A stretch of 64,000 nucleotides of DNA, taken from NCBI RefSeq assembly GCF_035084215.1, contig NC_090359.1, positions 15,438,001 through 15,502,000 on the forward strand, in the 5' to 3' direction. Of this stretch, positions 1 to 12,921 are shown one piece after another (position 1 is the stretch's first letter; each line of letters opens with the position of its first letter). The DNA comes from Heptranchias perlo (lineage: Eukaryota). The notes beneath the pieces are model-generated. The model was not told where the DNA came from and ran no database searches. It saw nothing but the letters and a program-made list of their open reading frames with translations. The translations under genes were made by a program, and so were the position numbers.

Positions 1-465
1 ATCCTTTGCTGATTTCTAAAACTCTCCCAATCCTCAGGCTAACTACGCTTTTTGACTACATTGTAAGCCTCTGCTTTTCATCTAATATTATCCTTAAATT
101 CTCTAATTAGCCACAATTGTACCACTTTTCCCGTGGAGTTTTATTCCTCAAGGGAATGTATATTAGTTGAGAATTATGAATCATTTCTTTAAATATTTGC
201 CATTGTTTGTCTGCCGTTATATCTTTTAATCTAATTTCCCAATCTACCTCAGCCAACTCGCCCCTCAAACCTACATAATTGGCTTTGTTTGTTTCAGACC
301 CTAGTTTCGGACTTAACCACATCACTCTCAAACTGAATATGAAATTCTATCGTATTATGTTCACTCTCCCCCAGAGGATCCATTACTATAAGTTTATTAA
401 TTAACCCTGTCTCATTACACAATACGAGATCTAAAATAGCCTGTTCCCTGGATGGTTCCTCTACC
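1..465 (-). mobile_element. CR1 (HER1-like) LINE ORF2 fragment, endonuclease C-terminal/linker region
   Basis: ORF 107-331 peptide KANYVGLRGELAEVDWEIRL...QWQIFKEMIHNSQLIYIP is typical of the CR1 ORF2 linker; decayed. Confidence 0.75.
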
Positions 466-2338
466 AATTAAGTACTTTTAAAGTCTAGTTGCTGCTTTAC
501 TGTCGGAAACACGGCAGTACATTGAACACAGTAAGGTCCCACAAACAGCAATGTGATAATGACCAGATCATCTGTTTTAGTGATGTTGGTTGAGGGATAA
601 AAATTATAATTGAATTTAAAAGACCGGTCCAGCAGTAAGATACGGGTTTTCACCCACCTGCCATGTTTCTAAACCCGACCTTACCACTGGGGAAGATACC
701 AAGCAAAGGCTGGGCCAGGGAGGCAGGAACTCTCCACAGGTGGTGGGGAGATCAAGGGAGAATTGCCTAGGTTGCTCTGACACCCTCTTCTCGTGGCTGG
801 ATTCAGACCAGAAATGGTGGAGGTCGAAGACCCAGAGAAGGGGAGAAATGGCCTCAGATATAGAAATGACCGAGGCTCAGTGTTCATCACTGTGGAATAG
901 TTTACAATTCAGCAAATATATTGTCCACACGGAGAAAATTGTCCACCACAGCCAACTTATCAGGCGGGTAGAAGTGAACTCTTCGAGGAGTCGCGTTTCC
1001 CTTAAAAACTCTCCAGCCAAATGGTAAAGTCCCTTTAAATTTACAATCCTGCCACACCAGTCATCGCCAGCTTTAATGTGTTGTGTCAGATCCTCTATCC
1101 AAGCAGTTTTCTGCTCCTGTCACTGTGACTCATTTCTGTTACACACCAGAGAGAGAGAGAGAATGTACTGCAAGTCTATTTATAAATCTCAGCCCATCTC
1201 CCCATCACTCACTGAAACATTGTTGGTGCAGAGGGGTGATTAAGCAACACATATTTCTCCCTGTACCTTTCTGCCAGCTGAAATGTGTCCATTATAATGA
1301 GAACAGGTGATGTGCCACATAAGTCCAGTGCCTGGCATGTGATCCTTGGCACATTTATACACAGAGGCACCCTCAGAAAAGGTGGCAAATACCATGGCAC
1401 TATTTTGGATGGAGAGGGCCTGAGGCTTAATTGCGACAGGCCTTTCCCCACAATATATGTGTGAGTGACAGGAGACACAGACGGAGACACGGGAGAGACA
1501 GACGGGGAGAGAGAGACAGACAGACATGGGAGAGACAGACGCAGATATTAAAACGTACCCTTGTTTTAGATGGAGTATGACTTAAAAGCAAAGTAATGCA
1601 TTGTTTCATTGACTAGTAATGTGGTGAATAGTTACGAATAGACCCGAACTCATTCATAACACCTGCAAGAATAACTTGCAGTTATAGCTTTCCCTCCAGT
1701 GGCACATGTGGACTATCATGCAATGTGAAACAGGGTGATTTTAACTCTCCCTGATCGCAGGAGCAGTTAAAATGGAGCAGCTCCATTTCCTGCTCCATTC
1801 CCGTCAATCGGCCGTTTTAACGCCACTCATCTTGGCTTTTAACGAGTCTCCCGCCGGACTCCTCGGTCACATCATAACCCCTGAAATTTAACCCACTTCT
1901 GAGCAGGAAGGCCACCCCGCAGGGGGAACCTGTCGAGAAGCCTGCAAGACACACTGAGGTAAGTTTAAAAAATAAACTGACCTTTGAGTAAATAAGGAGA
2001 AATTGTTTCCACTGACAGGAGGGTTGATAACCAGAAAAAAACAGATTGAAGATAATTGACATCTAATCCGAATACATTGGGCCCGGGGTTACCAGGGCTG
2101 CGGATTCTCGGCGGGGGGGCTATCGGGCACGTGGGTAACGCGCCCGGTGAAATCAGTCAGCTCCCCACGCGATTGGAGCATAATTGGATCCACTTACCTG
2201 GTCTTCCGGGTTCCCCACTGCTGATCTGCCCGTCGGGCGGACTGCGCGTGCACAGTCAGATCCGTCAGCTGGAGGAGCTCTATTTAAAGGGGCAGTCCTC
2301 CACTGACACATGCTGCAACAAATAGAAAAAATTACAGC

Positions 2339-2597
2339 ATGGAGCAGCCCAGGGGGAAGGCTGCTCCCAGTTTAATGATGCCTCACTCCAGGTATCAATA
2401 CATGGGGTGAGGTGAAGGGGGAGGACCGAGATCGACCCCCCCCCCCCGCCCCCCCGGCGGGCGGGAGGAAGCGGCATGCCTCTGCCACCAGGAAGGCCTG
2501 GCTCGAGGTGGCAGAGGAGGTCACCAGCACCACCAACATATCGCCCACCTGCATACAGTGCAGGAGGCGCTCCAATGACCTCAGTAGGTCAGCCAAA
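2339..2597 (+). pseudogene. Harbinger Myb/SANT-like DNA-binding protein, exon 1 remnant (frameshifted)
   Basis: ATRKAWLEVAEEVTS...TCIQCRRRSNDL matches the Myb/SANT trihelix pattern; ends at a GTGAGT donor (2598); frameshift after ATGGAGCAG. Confidence 0.65.
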
Positions 2598-3126
2598 GTG
2601 AGTACACTTACTCATTCCCCTACACTCCATCTGCCACATCACTGCCCCCACCCCACATCTCCTTCTGCACTGCCAACACTACTCTGTCACATCACCCCTC
2701 ATACCCACTCAAACCTCATCCTCATCTTACCTGCACCTACTCACCTCGCCAGTACTCATCCCGCCACTACCACTCAACCCAATCCTCATACAATGTCATG
2801 GCTCTATCTCATACTCACCCTCTCATGCATCTCTTTCACAGTCAGCCTCACTCAACCTGCCACTACCTGTGCTGCAGCCACAGGGCATGCATCACATATG
2901 TGCAGCAGGAAGCGTAAGGCAAACGTGTCGTGAGCATGAAGGGGATGCACAAGGGTGTTTGAGGGTTTGTCATGGTGTTTACCTGTATTTAATTTCTGAG
3001 CAACTCACATCACAGATTATATTGGCACCACTGCTGCCATGTCTTCGCGAATCTTGTCTGGTTTGTGCAATAATGCCCTTTCCTGAGGATCACTATGAAG
3101 ACCCACAACTGATGCCACCCATTGTG

Positions 3127-3594
3127 TCACTGCAGAGTGGGTGTAGGTGTATTTGCAGGGCTCTTTTGTGCAGACAGCTGAGAGACGTCAGCGATGTCCC
3201 CGGTTGCACCCTGGAAGGATGCGGAGGAGAAGTTGTTGAGGGCAGTGGTGACTTTGACAGCGACAGGTAAGAAGATGGTGCTCGGGCCAGCCAGGAGCAG
3301 CTTGGCATGAAGGAGGCTGCAGATGTCCACGACTACATGTCGAGTGACTCTGAGCCTCCGTGTGCACTGCTGCTCAGAGAGGTCCAGGAAGCTGAGCCTC
3401 GGTCTGTGGACCCTGTGGCGAGGGTAGTGCCCTCTGCGACTCATCTCTATCTGCGGTAGCCCTCCCTCCTGCTGTACAGGTGGACGTGTCACAGCGCACT
3501 GTTGTGGAGCTCCACGTGTCAGAGGTGGACGGTGAGGCTGGTGATGCTGTTCGCCCTCCGAGGAGGTCATGACTGCAGCTAAGGCGGCCCCCAT
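3127..3594 (-). pseudogene. Harbinger (HARBI1-like) transposase N-terminal remnant
   Basis: YPRHRVHRPRLSFLDLSEQQCTRRLR...LPVAVKVTTALN.F.S.SFQGATGD is the HARBI1-family N-terminal region; no DDE domain. Confidence 0.7.
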
Positions 3595-4254
3595 CCGGAA
3601 GATGTACATCTGAGGGGGTCCGCAAGGTAGGTACATATCTCTGGACCCCGGGGTAAGTGTGCAAGTTGGTGACTTTGGTTGTCAGGAGGAGGGTGGTGGA
3701 GGCCAAACTTTGTCCCAAGTGACTGAGTGGCCTCCTGCAACGGGTGAGGGTCTCCCCCACCCCCAACCTGTCAAATGGACCTTTGCTGCTGCCACAGGCT
3801 GACAGCTGCAACAGGTCCATTTGAACTGGGAGTGTTTCCCCCAGTGCGGGAAACAGTCCCAGTTTCCTTTAAAATCCCACCCCTCCTCACATAATCCCTG
3901 AATCAGGTCAGTTAATGACCTGAACAAGCAAAATAAATACGTTCAAGTGGCATCCCGCTGGCTATAATTGCCTGTGGGATTCCCACCAGCGGGGGCTGCG
4001 CGCGCACGCCGGCGCGTTAGTGGGGAACCCGGAAGTGCGTGGTCCCACTCCGGGATTTCCCGATTTTCGGGGCCCCCCCGCCAGGAACGCACCCGATAGC
4101 GGGTGCTAAAATGCTGCCCATTATATACAAGATGGGTAAAAAGAGTTAAGATACAGATTAGCCATGATCTAAATGAATGGCAGAACAGAATTGCGGGAAT
4201 GAATGATCTACTCCTGAGGGTGAGCGTGCAGTTCAATGGGCCCTTCCTCTCACT

Positions 4255-4965
4255 TGATTCAGTTCTATGGGCGCCTACAGTCACTGGGGGACAGTTCCAT
4301 GGACCCTGACAGTCACTGGGGTACAGTTCCATGGACCCTGACAGTCACTGGGGTACAGTTCCATGGACCCTGACAGTCACTGGGGTACAGTCCCATGGGC
4401 GATGATTCTCACTGGGGTACAGTTCCATGGGCGATGATTCTCACTGGGTACATTTCCATGGGCACCTACTCTCACTGAGGTACAGTTCTGTACACTCTGA
4501 CTCTCACTGGGGTACAGTTCTGTGCACTCTGGCTCTCACTGGGGTACAGTTCTATGCACCCTGACTCTCACTGGGGAACAGTTCTATGCACCATGACTCT
4601 CACTGGGGAACAGTTCCATGCACCCTGACTCTCACTGGGGAACAGTTCCATGAGGACCTACTCTCTCAGTTCCATGGACATTGTCTGTCACTCGAATACT
4701 ATTCTGTGGATCCTGACACACTCTGCGAACAGTTCCATGAACACTGACACTGGGATACAGTTTCACGGACACTGACTCTCACTGGGATACAGTTCCATGG
4801 ACACTGACTCTCACTGGGATACAGTTCCATGGACACTGACTCTCACTGGGATACAGTTCCATGGACACTGACTCTCACTGGGATACAGTTCCACGGACAC
4901 TGACACTCACTGGGATACTGTTCCACGGACACGGTCTCTCACTGGGATACTGTTCCACGGACGCT
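4255..4965. repeat. Minisatellite, ~30-31 bp unit (GGGTACAGTTCCATGGACCCTGACAGTCACT-like), about 20 copies
   Basis: Directly visible tandem units that drift in sequence along the array. Confidence 0.9.
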
Positions 4966-5740
4966 GTCACTAATAATGAAATACCATGGATGAATAAAGA
5001 GATAAGATCAGAATTGAAACTAAAGAAAAAGGCATACACTCAGCACCTGGACAATAAAGAAGAGGATGACAAAAGGGAATACGAAGAGGTTAGGAAATAA
5101 GTTTAAAAAACCTATTCGGAAGGCAAAGAGGAATTACAAAATTAAATTATCAAAAAATACTTTTTAAAAAGTAAAGTATTCTACAGACACATAAATAACA
5201 AAAGGAAAATCATGATAGGGGTAGGGCCACTAAGGGATGCACAAGGTAAACTCACAGGTAACGGCAGAAATGTGGAATCATTACTTTGCCTCAATATTGA
5301 CACTAACAAGATGGATAAGACATTAGAAGCAGAAATCAAAAATGTTGGAAAGACATTTATGATCGAAAAGGGGAGATAATTGATAAATGAGTCAAACATA
5401 GAAAAGAATAGAAGGATATGCTGATAGGTTTAGATGAAGTACCTGAACTATCTCCTCCTTGAAGGCCTCCCTTTGCTCTTTAACTGTTTTACCTGTTAAT
5501 CTTTGTTCCCATTCCATAAGGGCCAGATCCCTTTTCAACTCACTGAATTTAACCCTCTTCCGGTTAAGTATCTTCAACTTTCATTGTCCTTGTACTTTTC
5601 CATAATTACTCTAAACCTAATCATATTGTGATCACTGTTTCCAAAACACTCTCCCATTGAAACTTGCTCCACTTCATTCCCCAGAACTAGATCCAGCACT
5701 GCTTCCTTCCTCGTTAGGCTGGAAACATACTGATCAAGAA
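4965..5740. mobile_element. Decayed CR1 LINE fragments (+ 4965-5420, - 5440-5740)
   Basis: IPWMNKEIRSELKLKKKAY and FSELKRDLALMEWEQRL are CR1 ORF2-like peptides. Confidence 0.65.
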
Positions 5741-5759
5741 CCTCAGACATTTACAAAAG

Positions 5760-8340
5760 CTGAAACTATCCCAGCAGCTCAATCCAATACAGCACCTCCA
5801 ACTAACCCAGTAACTTAAGCTAAAACTGCACTTGCAGTAAATAGATTACCTCAAACTTAAGATGCTGCCCTAAGTAATCCAGCACCTCAACATAATCTAA
5901 TACCTCAAGCAAAAACAGCACCTCAGACCAGCCCAGAACCTCAAAATAACCTAATACTTCAAAATAATACAGCCTCCAAACTAATCCAATACCTCAAGCT
6001 AACCTAGCACCTCAAGTTAGTCCAGCACCTTAACCTAACCTTGCTCTTCAAGTAGTACAGTACCTCTAACTGGCCCAGCACCTCAAGCTAATACAGCACC
6101 TCAAGCTAACACCATGTATCTCTGAAACTGACCACAGCACCCTGAAACTGACTCTGGTACTGCAAACTGGGTTCAGGGACCATAACTGAGGCAGTGTTCA
6201 ATGACTGACTATCCCATCTCCCCAAATGAGTCAGCATCCTAAAGCTGTCCACAATATGCCCCAAACCGATCACATCATCCGCAAAAAAACACAATACCCA
6301 GAAACTGACCCAGCCCCCACACACTTACCTCACCATCCACACATTGATCAAACACCCAAAGCTAACGATCGCATCACACATTGGGCTTCTGCATCCTGTA
6401 AAATGATAACTGCACTGTCACAGCAAACCACAGCATCTGTAAACGGACCTTAAACAGTGCACATTACCCCAATACTGAGCAGAGAAACCCCAAACCACAA
6501 CACCCACAAACTGACACAGAACAACAAACATAGACAACGATCTCTGATGACTCAACACGCCCAGACAGATGCCAACACTGAGGGATTGTAGAAATCTCTG
6601 ACGCTCAGCCTTCGGTCTCAGCCTTGTCATGTGGGTTCATTCTGGGTTCGAGATATGTTTCGTGCGTTGAATATTTTTAGGCTGATGAATCAGTGTAAGA
6701 CTTTAGTTCAATCTTGGATTCTGGGCTTGTTTTCAGTTTCAACACAAATTTGGGTTCTTGGCTTTTCTTTATGTTTATAATTCATTTTACATGAGTTGGT
6801 CACTTTAGAATTGGGATTGGTTCAGGGTCCCAGTTCAGTTTTATAATCTGGGTTAGTTTGGTCAATTTGAGATTCTGTGTTGTTTTGAGTTTCTGGCTCA
6901 GTATCTGGTTGTAACATGCTGCACACAAACTGACCATAAGAGCTCCAATTAACTCAGGACCCTCAAGACTAACATTCTCCACGCATCCAAAAACACCCAG
7001 CACTGCAAAATATTCCACAGGACCCCGGCAAAGACTGATACTCACAGACTGATCTCGATGATCCCTAACATTACATCATATCTCAAAAACAGCAGAAGAG
7101 CCTGAAACAAACGACAGAACTAACAAGTGAACCAGTGGAGTCAGCTAGGGTTCTGGGCCAGGTCGGGTTTCCAGGTCTGCTTGGTGTTTCGGGTCTGCTT
7201 TGGGTTTGCTGTATTTTAATATTCTGAGTCCGTTCAGGATAATGGATCAGTTTAGGGTTTAGATCAGCCTGTGATTCTGAGTTGGTTGCAGTTTTGCTTT
7301 GGTTCCGGGTTCCAGGTCAGTTTAGGATTCTGGAACAGTTTAACGTTCTTCCACTCTGAGAGGGAAATCCAGAGGACCGGAGCTCTTGGATTGACTCGAG
7401 TTCCTTTGGAACTGCAACAATTTAGGCGACGGAAAGTGTCAGTATGAGGGTCTGGGTCAGTTTATGTTTCGGTACAGGTTTAGGGTTTTATCTTCGATTT
7501 AGGGCTCTGGATCACTGGGTTTTGGGATGTTTAGGGTATCCAGTCATTTCAATTTACATATTAATTTGGGGCTTAATGTGAGTTTAGAATTGTGGGTTAC
7601 TTTGTAGTTATGTTGAATGTAAGATTCTGGATCATTTTCAGGTTCTGACTCAGTATTTCGTTGATGGTCAGTTTAGGGTACCTGTCACTTTTGGGATTCT
7701 GGATCAGTTTCGGGTTCCAGGTCAGTTTAAGTTTCTGGGTCACTCGGGGTTCGTGAGCTGATTTAGGGTTTTGTGCAGCTTAGTGTTTTTGGTCTCTAAA
7801 GTACTTTGGATCAGAGGGTCTCAAGAAGGGCAGAGGGCTCTTGTTCACAGGGAGTTCTGTGTATGTTCAGGATTCCAGGGCACTTTTATGTTCCAGATCA
7901 AGTTGAGGTTGTTCAGAAGTTTGGGCATTCATGTTCAATTCAGTTTAGTTTGGGTTCAGGTAGGGTTTGTGTCTCTGGGTCATTTTACAGTTCCTGGTTT
8001 ATTTGAGGTTTGTATGTGAGTTTAGGGTCTTCCAGTGTTGGGCACCGTGTTGTTTAGGTTTGAGGATCAGATTGAGAGTTGTTGCTTGTTTTGTTCAGAG
8101 TCATTGTTGGGTTCTGGTTAAGTTTAGGTTTGTGACTCGCTCTGGTTCTGCTTCAGTTTGGGGAAATGGTTCAGTGTCTGATTAAGGGTTAGTTTGGGGA
8201 TTTAGGTCAAGTTATGTTTCAGTGTCAGTTTTGGATTGTAACATTGTGTGTTTGCCTTGTCGTGCAAGTGTCTACAGAAGATTGGGGTTCTGGGTCACTT
8301 TGTAATTCTGGTCAGTTTAGGTTTCAGGTCCAGTTTGGAA
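5760..8340. repeat. Highly diverged ~17-18 bp satellite (CTGGGTCAGTTTAGGGTT-like) with orientation switches
   Basis: Recurring GGTCAGTTTAGG(G)TT / AACCT(C)AAACTAACCCAG motifs; AC-rich and GT-rich blocks alternate. Confidence 0.65.
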
Positions 8341-8512
8341 ATCTTCAATATCATTTCCACCTCAATATTTATCTAGTTAATCTTCACAGCTTTAATTGAG
8401 GATTTATTCCACATTTTTTTTAAGTACAAAATATCAACTTTATTCTCAGTAATAATACATACAGAGACACTGGAAAAACCTGTTTTTCATTTTGAATATC
8501 TCCCCACAGGGA

Positions 8513-8662
8513 GGTGCACCGTTCCCAGAGACACTGCAATACTGGGTCGATGCGTGGAGTGGACGGAGCAAGCCCCTATTCCATCTCCCTGTTCCAAAAA
8601 TCAAATTAATATACGGTCCCCAGATAAGGGACGTATCAGATATTAAACTGATAAGAACAGAT
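8513..8662 (-). ncRNA. RNU2: U2 snRNA, 5'-truncated (nt 38 to 3' end); pseudogene
   Basis: Reverse complement reads ATCTGTTCTTATCAGTTTAATATCTGATACGTCC...GATTTTTGG (Sm site)...GCTTGCTCCGTCCACTCCACGCATCGACC...GGAACGGTGCACC; nt 1-37 are replaced by a retroposon poly(A). Confidence 0.95.
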
Positions 8663-9835
8663 TTTTTTTTCAAAAAATATACTTTATTCATAAAATTTGT
8701 AACACTACTTGCAATACAGTTGTCATCACATTTCAAACATACACAATACAGATTATACAATTTGCAAGATACATAAAGTACAGTTCAATTATGATTCCAA
8801 CAATACAGTTACACATTGTTCATAATTACAGTTCATGACACTCTAGGGTGCCTTATTGCATTACAATCAATAAGCTTATTGATTACAGATTCATTGCAGT
8901 ACATTACGATTCATTACATAAATTTGTATTTTACATTCTGCCCGAGGTGGGTTTTCCCTGATTGCAGCCCCTCGGTTTACAATTGCGGGAGAGCTCTAAA
9001 CGATAGCCTTTCCCCACAGAGCCTTTGCGGCGGCCGCACCCAGCTTCAGTGCATCCCTGAGCACGTAGTCCTGGACCTTGGAATGTGGCAGTTGAAAAAC
9101 ACTCGGTCGAGGACAGCTCCTTGCACTGGAAGACCAGCAAGTTTCGGGCAGACCAAATGGCATCTTTCACCGAGTTGATGGTCTTCCGGCAGCAGTTGAT
9201 ATCTGTCTCGGAATGCTTCCCTGGGAATAGCCCATAAAGCACAGAATCATGTGTTACAGAACTGCTCCCTTGAGGGAGAAACTAGAACCAGGGGCCACAG
9301 TTTAAAAGTAAGGGGTCTCCCATTTAAGATGGAGATGAGGAGAATTTTTTCTCTGAGGGTCGTGAGTCTGTGGAACTCCCTTCCCCGGAGAGCAGTGGAG
9401 GCAGGGTCATTGAATATTTTTAAGGCTAAGTTGGATAGATTCCTGATTAACAAGGGAGTCAAAGGTTATCATAGGTAAATGGGAAACTACGGTTGAGATC
9501 ACAATCAGATCAACCATGACCTTATCAAATGGCAGAGCAGGCTCGAGGGGCTGAATGGCCTACTCCTGCTCTTAATTTGTATGCATGAACCTGGACAGAT
9601 ACCACTGCATCTCTCTCCATATCGTCTTTGCAAAGGGACATTCCAGGAGGAGATGGGTGACGGTCTTGTCTCCACCGCAGCTTCCTCGGGGACAGCGCAC
9701 GTTGGCACTGAGAGGTCGGGAGTGCATGAAGGATCTGGCGGGAAGGGCCCTTCTCACCACCAGCCAAACTACGTCTTGGTGCTTGTTTGAAAGCTCTGGC
9801 GATGAGGTGTTCTGCCAAATGACTTTGGCAGAAAG
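8662..9835 (-). mobile_element. Keno-like Tx1-clade non-LTR retrotransposon (U2-specific), 5'-truncated, interrupted by CR1
   Basis: ORF2 C-terminal pieces KVIWQNTSSPELSNKHQD...CPRGSCGGDKTVTHLLLECPFA (zf-RVT) and LYGLFPG.H.ETDINCC; AATAAA (8683-8688) and A-tail abut U2 nt 38, the known Keno target position. Confidence 0.88.
9268..9584 (+). mobile_element. CR1 LINE 3' end nested in the Keno element
   Basis: TRGHSLKVRG..F..EMRR.FS.RVV.LWNSLP...FKAKLDRFL followed by a CR1 3'UTR; splits the Keno peptide SRF/SSSVT. Confidence 0.85.
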
Positions 9836-10184
9836 CCTCATCGCTGCACAATGGGGGAATCCTTCCAATCGAACACGAAGGATTGTTAATGTTGTATCCA
9901 CATCACGTACTTCTGTGCCCCAATTGTTTGTTGTGACACACAATCCATTTCTCTTGTTGTATTTTATACTATTACTGTGCGAGTTTCTGTTCTTATGGAG
10001 GTGTCTGTGGGTTCCCGTGGGCTGGATGTTGGTAATTTCAGCCTCTAATGCCTGTGTTTGAATACAGCCCACACTGACAGGAGGCAAATCTGTTCTACCT
10101 GCTACTTGTAAGGATCCCACATTAAACAGTCTGGGCAGCATCAATCCATTATTTACTGGGAATGGGCCCACTGCAAATATTGTG

Positions 10185-10990
10185 TTTAATTAATGATCTC
10201 ACTCAGATAAGATCAGAGCAGGTGGAGTCAGGGGACAAAGAGCAGAATTAATAGCAAGCTGGGTACAAAACAGAAAACAGAGAGTAAGTGTTAAAGGTAG
10301 TTACTCAGACTGGCAAAAGGTCTGAGTGGTGAATCACAGGGATTGGTGCTGGGACCACTGTCTTCACCATTTATATAAACGATTTGGACTTGGGAATTGG
10401 AAGTATAATTTCAAAATTTGCGGACAACTCCAAACTGGGGGGTATAGTTAATACTGAGGAGGAGTGCGACACAATACAGGAAGATATAAATAAATTTGCA
10501 CAATGGGTGTGTAACTGGCAAATGAATCTCAATATAGATAAGTGTGAGGTTTTAAATTATGATGGGAAGAATAAGTGGGCCACTGCTTCAATAATGGGGT
10601 AAAGGAGCAGAGGCGTCTCGGGGTACAGATACACAAATCACTAAAAGTAACGACACAGGTTAATAAGGCCATTAAAAAAGCAAACCAACACTGGGGTTCA
10701 TTTCCAGAGGGATAGAATTGAAAAGCAGAGAAGTTATGTTAAACTTGTATGGAACCTTGGTTGGACCACACTTGGAGTACTGTGAACAGTTCTGGTCTCC
10801 ATATTATAAAAAGAATATAGAGGCACTCTATAGAGTAGGTGAAAAAAAGATTTACGAGGATGATACCAAAACCGAGAGGTTATGCTTAACAGGAAAGATT
10901 GAACAGGCTGGGGCTCTTTTCTCCAGAAAAGAGAAGACTGAGAGGTGACCTGATGGAGATCTTTAAGGTTATGAGAGGGTTTGATAGAAT
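10185..10990 (+). mobile_element. CR1 LINE RT fragment (decayed)
   Basis: ISKFADNSKLGG, KCEVL and LVGPHLEYCEQFWSPY motifs. Confidence 0.85.
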
Positions 10991-11165
10991 TAATAATAAT
11001 AGTAACAAAACTTCACTAATTTAATCTTCTAATATGCAGAGCATATCTTTGCTTAGTTCATGAATAATGAACCTAGGCCCTGTGAGTAAAATTGCAACTG
11101 ACTGTCCACAAAGTTTAATGGAAACTGAGCAACTTGTGTTGATGTATCACCAGCCTGAAAATATA

Positions 11166-11919
11166 GGGCTCGATTTTAAAAGTAAAGAACGGGTGGGTTG
11201 GGGGCGGGGGTGCATTGAAAATTGCCACCATTTCAGACCTGCCTCCAACCCGCCCATTTCCCGTTTTCACAGGGGCGGGCGACCAACCCGCTCCCAGGGG
11301 GCGGGTCGGGCCTCATAACCTTTCAAGGAGGCTTCAGGCATCCATTTTTTACTAATTCCCGATTTCCACCCTGGGTGGCCAGGATTCCTGGGCCTTCTGT
11401 TTTACTCCTCGTGAAAGGAGGTGAGAAGGCCCGAGAGTAACAGGCAGGTGCCTGGAAAGGCACAGCTTGTGGGCCCTGAGGAGCAGGAGTGCTTCCCCCA
11501 GGCCCAACAAGTCTACCTGCACCGACACCCCTCCCCCGATCCCGGACCCCCGACCCCGATCCTCCCCCTCCGACCCCCGACATTCCCCTCAATGATTGCT
11601 GACCCCTGCAATGACCCCCGATCCCATCCCACATGACTAGCGACCCCCGTGCCCACCTATGCCCATCTATGCCCCGTGCTCACCCGTGCCCCCCATCCAT
11701 GCAAACAAAGACTTACCTGAAGACGTCCTCTCCCTGGCTGGTTTCCCGTCCCACTGAGACCAGCCTGTCAATCAACCGGTCAGTCAGACGGGAAACAAAA
11801 AAAATAAAAGATGTCCTTCCGTCAAAATCTTAAGGATGTCACGGAAACCCGTACTAATGGGTTTCCTGACCTCAAATTGACCCCCGCCCCTTTCCCGGCT
11901 CCGTTTTAAAATCACCCTC
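11166..11919. mobile_element. Harbinger-type MITE
   Basis: Imperfect TIRs GGGCTCGATTTTAAAA / TTTTAAAATCACCCTC with ATA target duplication; related partial copy at 34955-35335. Confidence 0.7.
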
Positions 11920-11979
11920 ATAATCTCTGAACATCAACCATGGAGTGGAGTGAACAAATAGGTGGCAGCTGCAGTTGAA

Positions 11980-12575
11980 GGCAGAGAAATGGAATATATA
12001 GAGAGAGATGGGTAGTGAGAGGGAGGGATGTGGAGAGACAGAGAAATGGAATATACAGAGAGAGGGAGGGTGGATAAAGAAAGGGAGCAACTTAAACAGA
12101 GAGGGGTGGACGGCAGACAGAGAGATCCAGGAACGGGGCAAAATGAAGGGATTGTGTAGAAAACGGTTCTGCAAAATTGCAGAGAACAGAGCCAGGCACA
12201 GAGAGAAAGTGGATAGGGACAGAGTGGGAGGGAAGAGAGAGGGTAAAGAGCGATTGATGGGGATGATAGAGAGGGATGAAAAGGAAGTGAGAGAGTGAGG
12301 GGTAAGGAAACAGTGAGGTGGACTCAGAGGTGAGAACTCGGTTGGGAGAGAATGGGAGATGGGGAGCAAGGTAGGGAGGGGTGCGGATCGAGTGAAAGGG
12401 ACAGGGAGGAAGAGAGATACACTCGTGTGCAAGGAGTTGGAGGCAAATAAGCAGGGCAGCAGGAATAGTGAGATAGGCAATGGGAGATAGAGAGGGATGA
12501 AGACAGATACAGACCGTGTCAGAGAGAGAGATAGAGACTCGAACGGGAAGGTGGGAGACAGAGAGACAGGCCCAC
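11980..12575. repeat. GA-rich low-complexity tract
   Basis: Strongly purine-rich plus strand with a short internal duplication. Confidence 0.7.
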
Positions 12576-12921
12576 GGACAGCTGTGTTCATGCTGCAGGT
12601 CAGCCATTCTTTAAGATGATCTCAGCTATTTAGATTCACAGATTATTCATTTAATGGAGATTTCTTACAGTAACGAGAGAGCAGATCCCCAGTGACACCA
12701 GGACCAGAGTTTTATTAACACAGCACATGGAGATTTCTTACACAGTCCAACCCCTTACTGGCAAAGTCACACATTGTACAAAAGGGATCCAACAAACTCC
12801 TGAAATTTGTCACTTAGTTACAAAGAGGGTTATTCATATATCAGTGATAACGCCCTTTGTACAACATGCTGTCTACAGGAACTGAGCTAACTTGAGCCAT
12901 GTTTATTTTTTAAAAAAATCT

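Larger units (their letters stand above)
2079..4119. mobile_element. Non-autonomous, internally deleted PIF/Harbinger DNA transposon
   Basis: GGGC...GCCC termini flanked by a 3-bp ATT target duplication (2076-2078, 4120-4122); convergent Myb/SANT-like remnant (+) and HARBI1-like transposase remnant (-). Confidence 0.8.

Noticed and set aside
11872-12607. Long Ser/Leu/Pro-rich ORFs
   Set aside because: Artefact of GA/TC low complexity.
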